64,000 nt of DNA from Squalus acanthias (GCA_030390025.1 CM059431.1:120034001-120098000); one strand, 5' to 3'. Counted from the first letter of the stretch, positions 10,892 to 22,049 are shown. Translations and numbers: made by a program. Notes: generated by a model from the sequence alone, not told the origin.

Positions 10892-12097
10892 CTAAATTCT
10901 GCGAAGGCTGCCACGAGCTTTTCCCAGTGGCGGGGGGGCACTGACCCCTTCCTTTGATCTACCGCAGCCTGTCGCTGCTGCGCTGGGACTGGGATCTCCC
11001 TGGGCTGCCTTGAACTTACGCCTGGGGGTGTACGGGGGATTTGACCACGACTTCCTGGGCTGGGGTGTCCGACTTGACCTTCGGAGGGCTACCTTGGGCA
11101 AGATCTCCAGGGCCGACGGACCGGGAACCGAGACTACCACCGTCACGGCCTGTGGTCCCACCACAGCCGCCGGCTCCGTCTCCCCTGGCTCCGCCCCCCT
11201 GGGCTCGGGATTTGCGGTTTCCGACTCCACCCTACTTGTATGTGGAACTCCACTCGCAATCCCTATCTCCCCTGTGGGCAAGATTTCCAGGGCCGACGGA
11301 CCGGGAACCGAGACTTCCACCGTCACGGCCTGTGGTCCCACCACAGCCGCCGGCTCCGTCTCCCCTGGCTCCGCCCCCCTGGGCTCGGGATCTGCAGTTT
11401 CCGATTCCACCCTGTGTGGAACTCCACTCGCAATCCCTGTCTCCCCTATGCTTGGGTCGAGGGCGAAACCTTCGTCCTCCGACCCCACCACCTCTCCGAC
11501 CGGGTCACTACCTTGATCAAGCTCTCCGAGCTCTTCCTCATCTGAATCCCAACCCCAAGAAAAGATCCTACACTTTTCCAAAATGTCTTCTCCCCTCACG
11601 CAGGCTGCTTTACCGGCCTGTGTGCCCTGCGGTTCTACCCGGGGCTGAGAGTCCCCACTCGCAGGTTTGGCCCCTCCCCTAAGACAGGCCACCGCCCCTG
11701 CTTGTGCATTCTGTGTAATCTCGCCTGCTGGAGGCTGCAGATTTCTATTCTGTTTTAGTTTGGGCAACTCTGCTACCATGGCTTGCAACTGCGGGGTGGT
11801 GAATTCCCCCGGGGTTGTTGAGCAAACCATCCCTCTGGCTTTGGATAGGGCTTGGGTCAGACCTTTTATCCTTTCCTCACAGGGCCCATGGTTTAAAACC
11901 TCATACTCCCTGCTCCTGGCTACCCTGTAGGCTGCCTTTATGTCTCTAAGCTGCCCTTCTAGCCCATCTATTTTCCCCATTAAGCGGGCGTTCTCCTCCC
12001 GCAAGGCATGCTCTTTTAACCTGGCCTCCTTACAGGAGACCCCCTCCTGTGCGTGTCTTTCAAGGGGACACAGGTAGGCAGGCTGCACCGGTTCCAG
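10892..12097 (-). CDS. ORF2: in frame after the gag TGA; divergent Gag-like coiled coil + Pro/Glu-rich duplicated segment + basic tail
   Basis: Open for ~400 codons; TGA CTG GAA CCG GTG continues the gag frame; similar to the Gag N-terminal half; no PR, RT, RH or IN motifs. Confidence 0.65.
   Translation of the reverse strand: MEPVQPAYLCPLERHAQEGVSCKEARLKEHALREENARLMGKIDGLEGQLRDIKAAYRVARSREYEVLNHGPCEERIKGLTQALSKARGMVCSTTPGEFTTPQLQAMVAELPKLKQNRNLQPPAGEITQNAQAGAVACLRGGAKPASGDSQPRVEPQGTQAGKAACVRGEDILEKCRIFSWGWDSDEEELGELDQGSDPVGEVVGSEDEGFALDPSIGETGIASGVPHRVESETADPEPRGAEPGETEPAAVVGPQAVTVEVSVPGPSALEILPTGEIGIASGVPHTSRVESETANPEPRGAEPGETEPAAVVGPQAVTVVVSVPGPSALEILPKVALRRSSRTPQPRKSWSNPPYTPRRKFKAAQGDPSPSAAATGCGRSKEGVSAPPPLGKARGSLRRI
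11095..11447. repeat. ~180-bp in-frame tandem duplication inside ORF2
   Basis: tgggcaagatYtccagggccgacgg begins at 11095 and 11275; peptide GIASGVPH...PSALEILP occurs twice. Confidence 0.9.
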
Positions 12098-13897
12098 TCA
12101 GAAGTCTGGGTTGTATGGGGCTGTTGCTACCTCCCCGTGCAAAATCATAAGAGACCGCATGGCTCCTAACATTGATTCTATCGCATCGGGATGGATAGGC
12201 ACACCAGCTCCTTTCTCAGAGACAGGCGCTTGGGTTCGGACTGCGGGAGCTTTGTCCCTGGAGTCCTTCCAGGGATTCCTGCAGTTTTTACGCCAGTGAC
12301 CTGTCTTCCCGCACCCGTAACAAACACCACTGGTTTGTGGGGCGCGATTTCCCTCCTGATGCCACTCTTTCTGAGCCGGAGCTGCGGGCTTTGCCTCATG
12401 CACCTTTCCCTTAAGGGGACGCGCTCCCGTGCTCCTAGTGTTCCGATACCCTATGGTGAGTCGATTTAGGACAGACTCCTCCGTTGTGGCGGGGTTAGTG
12501 GGATCAAACCACGCTCTGGCCTGCTCCCTGACGTCTAGCAAGCTGTTGGCTACCATGCACCTGAGCCAATGAGCTTTCCCGGCGCCGTCCAGATAGGTGC
12601 GCGCTGGCGCACCTGGGCAGCTACGCTGGTATACTGGCCACAGTCTGTCGGCGAAAACCTTCGGGGGTTCTCCCTCCATCTGTATGGTTTGACTCAATCT
12701 GACGAACGGACCTTCGTCATCCGCCCCTAACACTTCTAGGACCTCGTCCCGTAACTCCTCATAGGTTTTATTTCCCTTCTTGCTCTCATCGGAGAGACAC
12801 TGAAGGATCGAGCTATCTAAAGAGAACAGCAATATTTTGGTCTTTTCCTCATCGTCGCAGCCATTAATTGCTGCGGTCTGTTCTACTTCCCTAAAATGTA
12901 CGGAAGGGTCATCTGATTCGGACAGCTTCCGTACATGGCTAATCATTGCTCTCAGCTGGTGTGAGCTGTGGGGCAATACAAGTTGGTTCAGGACATCCCC
13001 GTCTTCCCCATTGGCTGCATTCGGGCCTCTCTTGTGACCTCGGAGCGGACACATCGGTCCCGGTCTCGACTCTACCTCCGGGGATTGTCCTACCTCGGGA
13101 ACCTCCTTCTCTATTTCCACCACTTCCTCCCTTACCCAGGTTGCCGAATAGCTGGGTGGCGCGGAGGGCACAGTGGCAAATACGTCATCTGCTTTGTCTG
13201 GTAGGGATTTTGGGAATTCCCTACCCACCTGTGGCTGGCTCGCTGATGGGCTGATGAGACACACCAAGCCGTTTGCCTTATTCAGGGCCTCTTTTAGGTT
13301 CCCTATCTCCTTCTGGCAAACACTGTGGTCGGCTCCCTCATGCCTATCCTCGAGGGCCATCTTGTATGCAGCCCTAACTCCCTTCAAGCTTTCTTCCTGG
13401 GCTTTTATCTGGTTTGCTAGGTGGGCGCACCGTTCTCTAATCCTTCCCTCGTTTAATTTTGCTTCCGTGACCTGACATTCTAGGTAATCAGTTTTAGCCT
13501 CATGGTGGTTGGCTACTATTTGGCGTTCCTGATGTAATGCATTCAATGATGCAATGAGTTTTTTTCCTCCCGTGACCTTTTCCTCCATCTCTACCTCCAG
13601 TTCCCTGATCTGAGCTGCCTGTGCCACAATGACCTGGTCCGAAAGTTGGACTTGCTTCTTGTAGCACATCAGCCAGACTGCTTTCTCCACCGACTTCTTA
13701 TGCTCTTTACTGCCTGTCCATTTGATGGCAGCGTCTAGCGGACGCTTATCCATCAGTAGGTCACTTATCCACCTTTTGGTTAAGTTAACCTTCCCAAACA
13801 CATAGTCGGCTACCCTCTCATCCATCACATTTCGCCTATTCAAACCAGGGTCTAAAACATAACTCTCCCGCTGCCAATGTCCTGCCGCGGTCGCCAT
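12098..13897 (-). CDS. gag: Gag polyprotein, 599 aa, intact
   Basis: Coiled-coil N half; PSAPPSY late domain (13148-13168); capsid MHR-like QMEGEPPKVFADRL; CX2CX4HX4C knuckle CYGCGKTGHWRKNC (~12281-12322). Confidence 0.9.
   Translation of the reverse strand: MATAAGHWQRESYVLDPGLNRRNVMDERVADYVFGKVNLTKRWISDLLMDKRPLDAAIKWTGSKEHKKSVEKAVWLMCYKKQVQLSDQVIVAQAAQIRELEVEMEEKVTGGKKLIASLNALHQERQIVANHHEAKTDYLECQVTEAKLNEGRIRERCAHLANQIKAQEESLKGVRAAYKMALEDRHEGADHSVCQKEIGNLKEALNKANGLVCLISPSASQPQVGREFPKSLPDKADDVFATVPSAPPSYSATWVREEVVEIEKEVPEVGQSPEVESRPGPMCPLRGHKRGPNAANGEDGDVLNQLVLPHSSHQLRAMISHVRKLSESDDPSVHFREVEQTAAINGCDDEEKTKILLFSLDSSILQCLSDESKKGNKTYEELRDEVLEVLGADDEGPFVRLSQTIQMEGEPPKVFADRLWPVYQRSCPGAPARTYLDGAGKAHWLRCMVANSLLDVREQARAWFDPTNPATTEESVLNRLTIGYRNTRSTGARPLKGKVHEAKPAAPAQKEWHQEGNRAPQTSGVCYGCGKTGHWRKNCRNPWKDSRDKAPAVRTQAPVSEKGAGVPIHPDAIESMLGAMRSLMILHGEVATAPYNPDF
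13879..13896 (-). promoter_or_regulatory. Primer binding site, tRNA-Arg (probably TCG)
   Basis: TGGCGACCGCGGCAGGAC is complementary to GTCCTGCCGCGGTCG-CCA, the vertebrate tRNA-Arg(TCG) 3' end as recalled; 5 nt downstream of the 5' LTR. Confidence 0.8.
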
Positions 13898-13901
13898 TTT
13901 C

Positions 13902-15527
13902 TGTAAGGGTTTTGGACGTGTCTCTCAGAGACGGTGCTGGTGCGAGGTTAGGCCTTCGTTGCCTAATACTATTGCTTGCTCTGGTCTCCGGCCAGCCCTT
14001 TTGCAATAAGCACCTGTGAGTGGTTCGACCCACTCGCCCTTACGGTTCTAACACTGGACTTAGGTGCAGGGAGCAGTAATGCAGAGAAAACTCAAATAGA
14101 CCCGGTTGAATAGTACGAAATGGAAATCTTTATTGCATAGCGTCCAAAATCATGAAGTACATGTCATAGGCGCAAATTAACGAGAGTACAAGTATACATA
14201 CATTCATAAAGCTTGGTCTATGGAAATGAAGAATGCACGGCACATCGTAAAAAGGGGAACACATTATACTTTAACCTTAATAAAACCACCCTCCCTTAAC
14301 AATACCTACACTACGTCTAGATTTGTAGGATCGGGTAACATGCTCACCACTCGTGTTACTTCGGAGAATTTTAAAGTGAGGCACTCGGCTCGTTTCGCTG
14401 CAGCGCCTGACTGTCACGTGTTTGGAAGGGTCTCTGTACCCCACTTGTTTATTTTCGCTGCTGCGACAAGCAGGCCAGACTCCCTGTTGTCATGAAGAAC
14501 TCGACAGAACTCGGAAACGTTTGTAAAATTCAAAGAAGAGTCTTCCTGCGCTCGATACCGGTTGTCGGTAGACTTCAATGAAAAGTTCTTTATTTATATT
14601 TTCGGGCGCGGTCGGGGTTTACTGACCGTGGCGGCACGTGGATTCTTCTCCTTTTCTTCTCATCTCGTCTCGTCTCTTCGGGCCTCCAGGTCCAGACACC
14701 GTTTACCGACACTCGGGATGGTGCACCCTGTTACTTGCCCTTGTCGGGGCGGCTCGTTCCGATTGAGCTCCACCCAACATCCGAATAACCGACCAGTACG
14801 GCTAAAAGTCAAGAGTCAACAAAGTCCAGCCCTAAAGAAGAGCTTCAGCCAGCGATCGAGTGAGTCAAGGGAATAAGTTAGCGATGGACATTTGTTCACT
14901 ATAGTTATAGTGATGTGTTCCCTTATCTCCCACTCAAATCTTAATGTTTGTCCTTTGTGTAATACTGGTGCACAAAACTCCCAGCATGGGGCGGTTGTCT
15001 TCTTTAACGGGTTTCGGTAGCACCTGAAACTGGCCAACTATCCGTTAATGTTTTCCCCATTGTTGACCCAGCCAGGATGTGTACGAATCGTCTCCCTGAC
15101 TGGTTTTGGGGGCCCCCAAATACTTGCTTAATCACCCGTCAATGTCTCTCTCATTGTAGAGCCGGGGGGGTATTTGTGTATTGATGTGTCTGGATGGGCC
15201 TTCGATTGCCCAGTACAATGGTCCTTACTTGTGCATGGAAAACGATTCCAGCACTTATATCTTTGCTATTGTTCCAAATGCAAACGGGTTGCATCCTGTC
15301 TTTATCAATGTTTACCGAGTATGATCCAATCTTATACTGAATGTTTATTCAACGCCATTTTGTCTGCCCACTGTGTCTCTCTGGAAGCTTCTGCCACGAT
15401 GCTCGGCGGCCATTTTACAGGCTTCTGTGTCCTTTATTATCAGGACAGCATTTCGTTTAATAAAACTGATCAAACGAATCTGTTTCTCTTATGTTATTTC
15501 GAATCGCGATAATTACGAAACTTTACA
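13902..15527 (-). repeat. 5' LTR (1626 bp)
   Basis: Direct repeat of 6860-8481, followed on - by the PBS. Confidence 0.95.
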
Positions 15528-16135
15528 GCAATGACCCTTCCAATAATGGCCAGCACCATTTCCTGCATGGGCGTTAGAAAATGCAGGCGTGCCTCTCCCC
15601 CTCTGGTTAGTTCCTTTCGCCATTGGTTGTGTGCCACCTTCTCCTGCAAGAGAGAGGGAAGTGTGTAAGTGAGTGTCATGCAATATGTTTGGGTGATGTG
15701 GCTGCCATGATTGAATAGCTGGCAGTGTGTGTAAGCTGTGAGATTTGAGTGTGAGACTTGCAGCAGTGCTAAGTGTGTCAGGGTGAGGTGAAGCATATGT
15801 ATGTTAGGTATGAGTCCTGCTTGATAGAGATTGCTGCTAGTTGAGTGATGGAGTTGTGGTGGTCTGAGCAGTGGCTGAGGCTAATGTTGCAGTTGTTAGG
15901 ATATGGCATTTGAAGATGTATTCACTGACCTTGACCAATCGTGTGAGGTTAAACATCTTGCGGCACTGCATCCAGATCCTTGGAACTAGACACCTGGCTA
16001 TCTGCTCCCACTGCTTTTTCACTGTGTATCTGGAGGGCCTCCTGGCCCCCTGTGGATACAGGACATCGCTCCTCCTTTCCCCACCTCCATCAAGACCTCC
16101 AGCTTTGGAAAACTTTGGTGCCTGCTTTCTCCCAT
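15528..16135 (-). pseudogene. Exons 1-2 of Harbinger Myb/SANT-like gene; exon 2 split by the provirus and resuming at 6859-6812
   Basis: KKQWEQIA...RIWMQCRKMFNLTR then GT donor at 15929; acceptor ttgcag at 15644, EKVAHNQ...LAIIGRVIA, continuing EAVACGRAETIKE beyond the TSD. Confidence 0.75.
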
Positions 16136-17001
16136 GTTGAGCTATTCTTCTGTCTTTCCCAGAACAGATTCAGCTCACAAAGGACTTCCAGCATCTGCTC
16201 CAGCCACAATGCACCTCCCCTTTAAGATGTGCAGGCTAACTTTAAGCAGTGCAGGCTAGCTTTAAGTAACGCTAGCAAGTATCGATTTTGGGCCCCCAGC
16301 TGATGTGTGCAGCCAATCAACAGCACAGTTAGCCCTGGCTGGGTGCAGAATCATGTTAATGAGCAGGCAGCACAAAAATGCCATGCTGCCTGCATTACAT
16401 CACACAGGCACGGGGTAATTGCGCATCCCAATCCCCACACCTATTTTCGGGGGCTATCCAATTTAGCCCCCTTTGAATCTCAGCCTAGGCCTTCAGTGGA
16501 AGACTTGTTCCAGTTTTTAGAGCCCTATAGCACTTTTAATGTTTCCTCCCATCTCTTCTGGTGCTGTCCCACTGCAGCACCACCTCGATCTTCCTGGGGC
16601 CACTGCCTGTCTTCCGCTGGCTGGCAGGGATCCCACCCATGGCCTGCTGTGAATGCATAATAATCCCAGACTGAGGAAGTTGGGTTGGTGGTTGGATGTC
16701 CTGTCCCAAACTTGTACGGGCAGATTAAGGGAAATTCAACCCAATGTTGCTGATGCAATAAAATACCTGCTCAGATAATCAATCCACACTCTTTTATTAA
16801 CTAACATTCCTCCACACTGGCAGGACACCCAAATCCTGACAGCACATTTGTCAAAAATGTTTTTGTGTTTTTCCCAAGAAGCTTTAAAATCTTTCCGATA
16901 TGGCATCCTGTGTACTGTCACTATTAAAGAATGAACAAAAATAAATGGTAGCATTGTATTTGTATAGAATATAAAGCAAGACTGCATCCCCCAAAAATGA
17001 C

Positions 17002-17365
17002 AGAAAGACTTGCATTCATATAACGCCTTTCACAACCTCAGGACGTCACAAAGCGCTTTACAGCCAATGAAGTACTTTTTTTTTGAAGTCCAGTCACTTT
17101 TGTAATGTAGGAAACGCGGCAGCCAGTTTGTGCACAGCAAGCTTCACAAACAGCAATGAGATAATGACCAGATAATCTGTTTTAATGATGTTGTTTGAGG
17201 AATAAATATTGTCCAGGACACAGGGAGAATTCCCCTGGTCTTTCTCGAAATAGTGCCGTGTGATATTTTGCTTCCACCTGAGATGGTAGATGGGGCCGCG
17301 GATTAGTGTGTTTTTCGAAAGATGGCACCTCCGACATTGCAGTACTCCCTCAGTACTGTACTGAA
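17002..17365 (-). mobile_element. DeuSINE/SacSINE1-like SINE, split by a Harbinger; resumes at ~20665-20707
   Basis: Colinear with the SINE at 45640-46068; Deu core gaaagatggcacctccgac; L2-like tail. Confidence 0.8.
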
Positions 17366-17645
17366 GGCCGCGATTTCGCCAACTTGGGTGGGTTCATGGC
17401 GGGAGAGGTCGGTCGCGGGCTGCGAGCCCGTTGCTGTCTTCATCCCACTGAAAAAAAAGATCTTACCGTAATGGGCCTTGTTAAGCCCGCCCTGCGCGTT
17501 ACCCAGCCCAATTAAAAGGTGCGGGCCTTGTAATGTCAGCGCTGATGCGTTTGGTGCCAGTATATTTAAAAGGGCCATGGCCCCATTTGATCTCACTTCT
17601 GATCTTGACAGGCTGCAGTGCTGACCATGGTTATTGGTGTGGAAC

Positions 17646-18706
17646 ATGAGTTTCCAGAGGCAGAGGGCTGCTCCTCGCTTCAGCGATGACTCCCTCAATG
17701 TTCTTGTGAAGGGAGTCCGAGCACGCAGGGAAGTTCTTTTCCCTGCCAGTGGGTGGAAGAGACCGTGGCAGCCTGGCTGCAGATAGCGCAGGAGGTGACC
17801 GGCAGTTGTGTGGTGATGCGGACCTGGGTGCAGTGCCATAAGCATTTTAATGATCTTCTAAGATCAGGAAAAGTGAGTATAAAGCCACACTCACCTTCAT
17901 GTTGCTGTGCCTGTTATCACTTACCCATCACTCTGCCTTCCTGCCCTACTCCTGCACATCCCTACTCAAACCAACATACCTTGCACCTTCACCCATCCCT
18001 CTCTATCTATCTACATTATCACATCCCCATCTTACAATGCACCCCACACACTGACCCTCATCCTAATGCAATAAAACCAACTAACAACACAAAAGGAGAC
18101 AACTTGGTATTGGCATCCAACTCCATCATAGTCTCCCTCTAAAGATCTAACCCATCCATGGAGGACATAATGCGCCAGTCGCATGAGCACATGGTTTCAA
18201 TTCAAAATAAATGGGCATCTATGGAGGATAGAAACCAAAGGCTCATAGACGTCCTTTGTAGGAGGAATGTCAGTATAGACATGGGTCCTCATCACCCCAC
18301 TGATGTGCAGCAAGGTGCTCTCCAGCTACTTGCTAGCAGAGAAGTGCGGGTGGCCCATGAGAGGGATGGTGGTGGGAGGGGACATGAAAGTGGGGGCTCC
18401 TCTCCAAGCGCTCACACTTCTACCTCCTTGCCAACCCCTCGGTCAGAGCCCCAGAAGCCTCCCTGGACAGCGATGGCTGGGTCTGCCCCTGCACAGTCGC
18501 AGGAGGAGCAGACATTAGCGGAGCCCGCACAGGCTCCAAAACCCAGAGGACAACCGCCAAAGGCGTCTAAGCAGGTGCAGCAGGGAAGTGAGGAAGCTGC
18601 CTTTACCTCTGCTGAAGCCACAGGGGTAGCACCACGTAGAAGCACTCGAAAACAAAGGTGCCACAAAAATAGAGTCACAAGGGTAGTCACTTGGGTGTTT
18701 TATTAA
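17646..18706 (+). pseudogene. Harbinger Myb/SANT-like DNA-binding gene
   Basis: ATG at 17646 MSFQRQRAAPRFSDDSLNVLV...REVLFP; WLQIAQEV...RTWVQCHKHFNDL then GTGAGT donor at 17873; C-terminal ORF 18158..18706 with PRRSTRK. Confidence 0.8.
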
Positions 18707-18960
18707 ATGTTATTGTGATGTTTATGTTCAATTAATTTCTTGTATTAAATCATTTATTTCTGTAACTTTGCGGTCCTTGCCAAATGTGTGTGCACAATTG
18801 GAAGTGGCAGAGTGAACGGTTAGGGCTAATTTACGCTCCAGCAATGGTGGTGACAGTGAAAAGATTGGACTGGTCATTGTAGGGATGCTTTATGGTGCTG
18901 CTGTGGGGTGATGCCAACTTGCCTATGCATGTGCCAGCCACATGTCTGTGCTGCGTAAAG

Positions 18961-20149
18961 TTAACTAAATCTGGTCATAAATCGGGCAGCAATGTGATCG
19001 TGTACTAGTGGCATTTGGACCGCCGGCTCTGCCAGGTCTTCCTCATCCTCATGCTGCTCCTCCTCCTGCTCCAAAGAGGCTATGCGGTCTGCACCTTGCT
19101 CCTCATGCAGCGCTAATCCTCGCTGCAGCGCTATGTTGTGCAGGGTGCAGCAGACCAAGACAATTCTGGAGACCCTGGCTGCTGCGTACTGCAGGGCTCC
19201 TCCAGATCTGTCCAGGCATCTGAAGTGCATTTTGAGCAACCCTATTGTCTGCTCTATGACACTTCTAATGTAGATGTGGCTTTGATTGTAATGTTTCTCA
19301 GCCTCGTTTGTTGTTCTTCTCAAAGGTGTCATGAGCCACGTCTTCAGGGGATAGCCCTTGTCTCCAGGCAGACAGCCGGAAAGACTGTTTGGAGGTGCGC
19401 AGAGCTGAGGGACGGTGGACTGGCACAGGATGTAAGATTCATGGCAGCTGCCAGGGAACCTGACGTACACATGAATGATGATCTTCCTATGGTTGCAGAC
19501 GAGCTGCACCTTGAGGGAGTGGAAGCTCTTGTGGATGACAAAGACTGCTGGGTTCTGATGGGGTGCCCTGATGGCCACATATGTGCAGTCAGTGACACCC
19601 TGCACCCGTGGGAAGCCAGCCAGAGCTGCAAAGCCGAGCGCACACTCAGCAACACTGGCTTCATCAGTGGCAAAGTTGATATAATTGGCGGACTTTTCAA
19701 AGAGGACATCGGTGACCTGTGGGCAGTCGACTGCGAGATGCCACAAATGTCTGCTGCAGATGCCTGGAAGGAGCCTGAGGCAAAGAAGTTGAGGGCACGG
19801 ATGACTTTGACAGCTACTGGTAAGGGGTGTCCACCTGTTCATCTGGGCTGCAGGTCTTGCTCCAGCAATCTGCGATGACCTGGCGCGATAGCCTGAGCCT
19901 CCTGAAGCACCGCTTCTCACTCATGTTGAGGAAGCTCATCCTCTGCCTGTAAACCCTGTGCTGGGGGCATTGCCTCTGGCGTGGTCCAGCCCTGCACTGA
20001 TGCCCTCTGCCCTGTGCAGCATCAGGTGGTTGAGGAGAAGGTTGGCGGTCTTGTTGTTGGTGCTGCTGGTGTGCCTGATTCTGCTGGTGTTGCGGCTGAT
20101 CATGGTCAGATTCTGAGGACCAAGGTGAGAGAGTACAAACCGTACCCAT
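18961..20149 (-). pseudogene. Harbinger (HARBI1-like) transposase, catalytic region open, N-terminus frameshifted
   Basis: [63 protein letters not shown]. Confidence 0.9.
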
Positions 20150-21609
20150 TCTGATGTAATAGAAGGCAAGTGAAGTTGAGATGACAGAAGCAAATCTGTC
20201 AATGGGGAGAGAGGTTGTTCCAATGAGGTGACACTGGATACAGAATTTGCTCCAAACACTTACAACCTGCATAAAGCTCAATCTGTCTTCCAAATGCAGT
20301 AAGCAACAGCTTCTGAGCTTGGAAAGTGAACAACTCTGAGATGGGAGCTTTTATACCACATTTGCAGCTGGCAAGTAATCAGATAATTCCATGTTGATTC
20401 AACTCCCGATCTGCTGACCTGACCTGATCCCTGAGCAGCGTGAACCCCATGGACGACCTCGTAAAATGTTAAGGTGAGCTCAAAATTCTCTTTAATAGGA
20501 TGTTAACAAAGTCATAATGACTTAAATTGCATCCCCCGCTGCTGCATGTCGGGTCTGTTCAGCACTGACAGACCTGACATCTGGGAAAGTAGCATGGCGG
20601 CGGATTGACAGCGGTACCCGACCCGCCACCAAACGCGCCCGCTGACCCCCGAAAATTTCCCCCCAAAGTGCCAGTCTAGAATATGTGCTCAAGTCTCTGG
20701 AGTGGGATGGTGAAGTGCATAAATGTGGATATTCATTGAGGATGGGAGTAGCTTGGCAATGGTGCTCTCTGCAGTTAAATAGTCTGCTGTTCACTATCAA
20801 GGGTCACACTTGAGGAAGGCACTGGCCAGTTCACAGCTCTGAAAAGTCTTACCAAGGAGCTAACATTCAAGAAATAAAGGGATAGAAGAAAATTAATAAG
20901 AATCAAAATACATAAAACAAAATATTGCTGCCTCACCCGTACCAACATTTTACACTGTCAGGGGAGCAACTGAATGTTCCAAGTTTCAGAGGAAACACAG
21001 AGCACTTCTGGGCATGCACAAACATGCATACACAATGCTGCACCCCTTACTAGGACAATCCTACTAGCTTGAGAGACAAAACTTGCACTGGTAGAAAGGG
21101 AGTGATTGTAAAACACATTGAGCTGGATTTTTCTCTGTTGGAATAGCAATGGAAAAATAGGCCTGTGAGGCCTACCCGGTACCTCCCCGCTCCACTCTCA
21201 ATTTTGCTCCGCCTATCACTGCCCAGAACGCCACTGACTGCCCCTTACCCGCTTGCCGCATGTAAATGCTGGCGGGGGGACAGAGCCCAGCCCCTTCTCC
21301 CATTTCCCTCCTGGGCTACTCCATTACCCGTGCTCCCAGGCAATAATCCCTCTAATTTATTTTTGTGTGCGCGGCACCTTTAATTTTGCACACGAGGTAT
21401 CTTAGATGGAACAGCTTGTGAGTGGCCTGCACGATACCTTCCTGATTGCTGTGCGGTCGTGCATGCGTGCAACTCAGAGGGAACATTGCTCCCCAGGACT
21501 GCTGGTGGAAGATGGCAGTAGGCTCAGAAGCTATTGCTTACTGCATACAGTGGCAGTATTGGCCCTGCTCATATCTTACCATGCAACAAGTGCCAATATC
21601 CAATTACCC

Positions 21610-22049
21610 CATCTTTGCTAACTGACATTGGCTTCCAATCATTCAATATTTAATCTTTGTGTTTAAATCCCTTCAGGGCTTCAGCCCTCCCTTTCTCTCT
21701 ACCCTCCCCAGATCTACAAACCATCTTCCCAAAACTCTGCATTCCACTAACTCAGACCTCTTGTGCATCCTCCTCCTCCCTTCATCCCACTATTTGTGGC
21801 CGTGCCTTCAGCCGTCTATGCTGCATGCTCAATAATTCCTTCTTTAACCCTCCGCCTCTCCACCTGTCTCTTCTTTAAGGTTCTCCTTAAAAGCCAATTC
21901 TTTTGGCCAAGCTTTTGGCCACCCATCTCAATAGCTCCTTCTTTGGCTAGGCATCCATTTTTTGATTACATGTCTGTGAAGCGCTTTGGAACATTTTTCT
22001 ATTCTAAAGGCACTATATAAATGCAAGTGGTTGTTGTTGTTGCTGTTGA
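21610..22049 (+). mobile_element. L2 LINE 3' fragment
   Basis: ctatataaatgcaagt + (gtt)n tail; homologous to the 58915-59340 region. Confidence 0.7.

Larger units (their letters stand above)
6860..15527 (-). mobile_element. Endogenous retrovirus-like provirus, pol-less: LTR-gag-ORF2-env-LTR (8668 bp)
   Basis: Two ~1.62-kb direct repeats with TGTAA...TTACA ends; TSD GCAA (6856-6859 and 15528-15531); PBS, PPT, gag and env-like ORFs on -. Confidence 0.95.
887..16471. mobile_element. Degraded PIF/Harbinger DNA transposon (convergent transposase and Myb/SANT genes) carrying three nested insertions: CR1, solo LTR and provirus
   Basis: Transposase remnant on +, split Myb-like gene on -; putative ends gggcaagaaattgg (887) and ccaatttagccccc (16471) match only imperfectly and no clean TSD, so outer limits are uncertain. 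Confidence 0.55.
17366..20664. mobile_element. PIF/Harbinger transposon with convergent Myb (+) and transposase (-) genes
   Basis: Limits set by the interrupted SINE; ends ggccgcgattt and aaatttcccccc. Confidence 0.8.

Noticed and set aside
11010..11682. Long plus-strand ORFs with repeats
   Set aside because: Antisense shadows of GC-rich ORF2 and its duplication
18961..19920. Domesticated HARBI1 gene
   Set aside because: Lies within a TIR-bounded element with a Myb partner inserted into a SINE; N-terminus frameshifted
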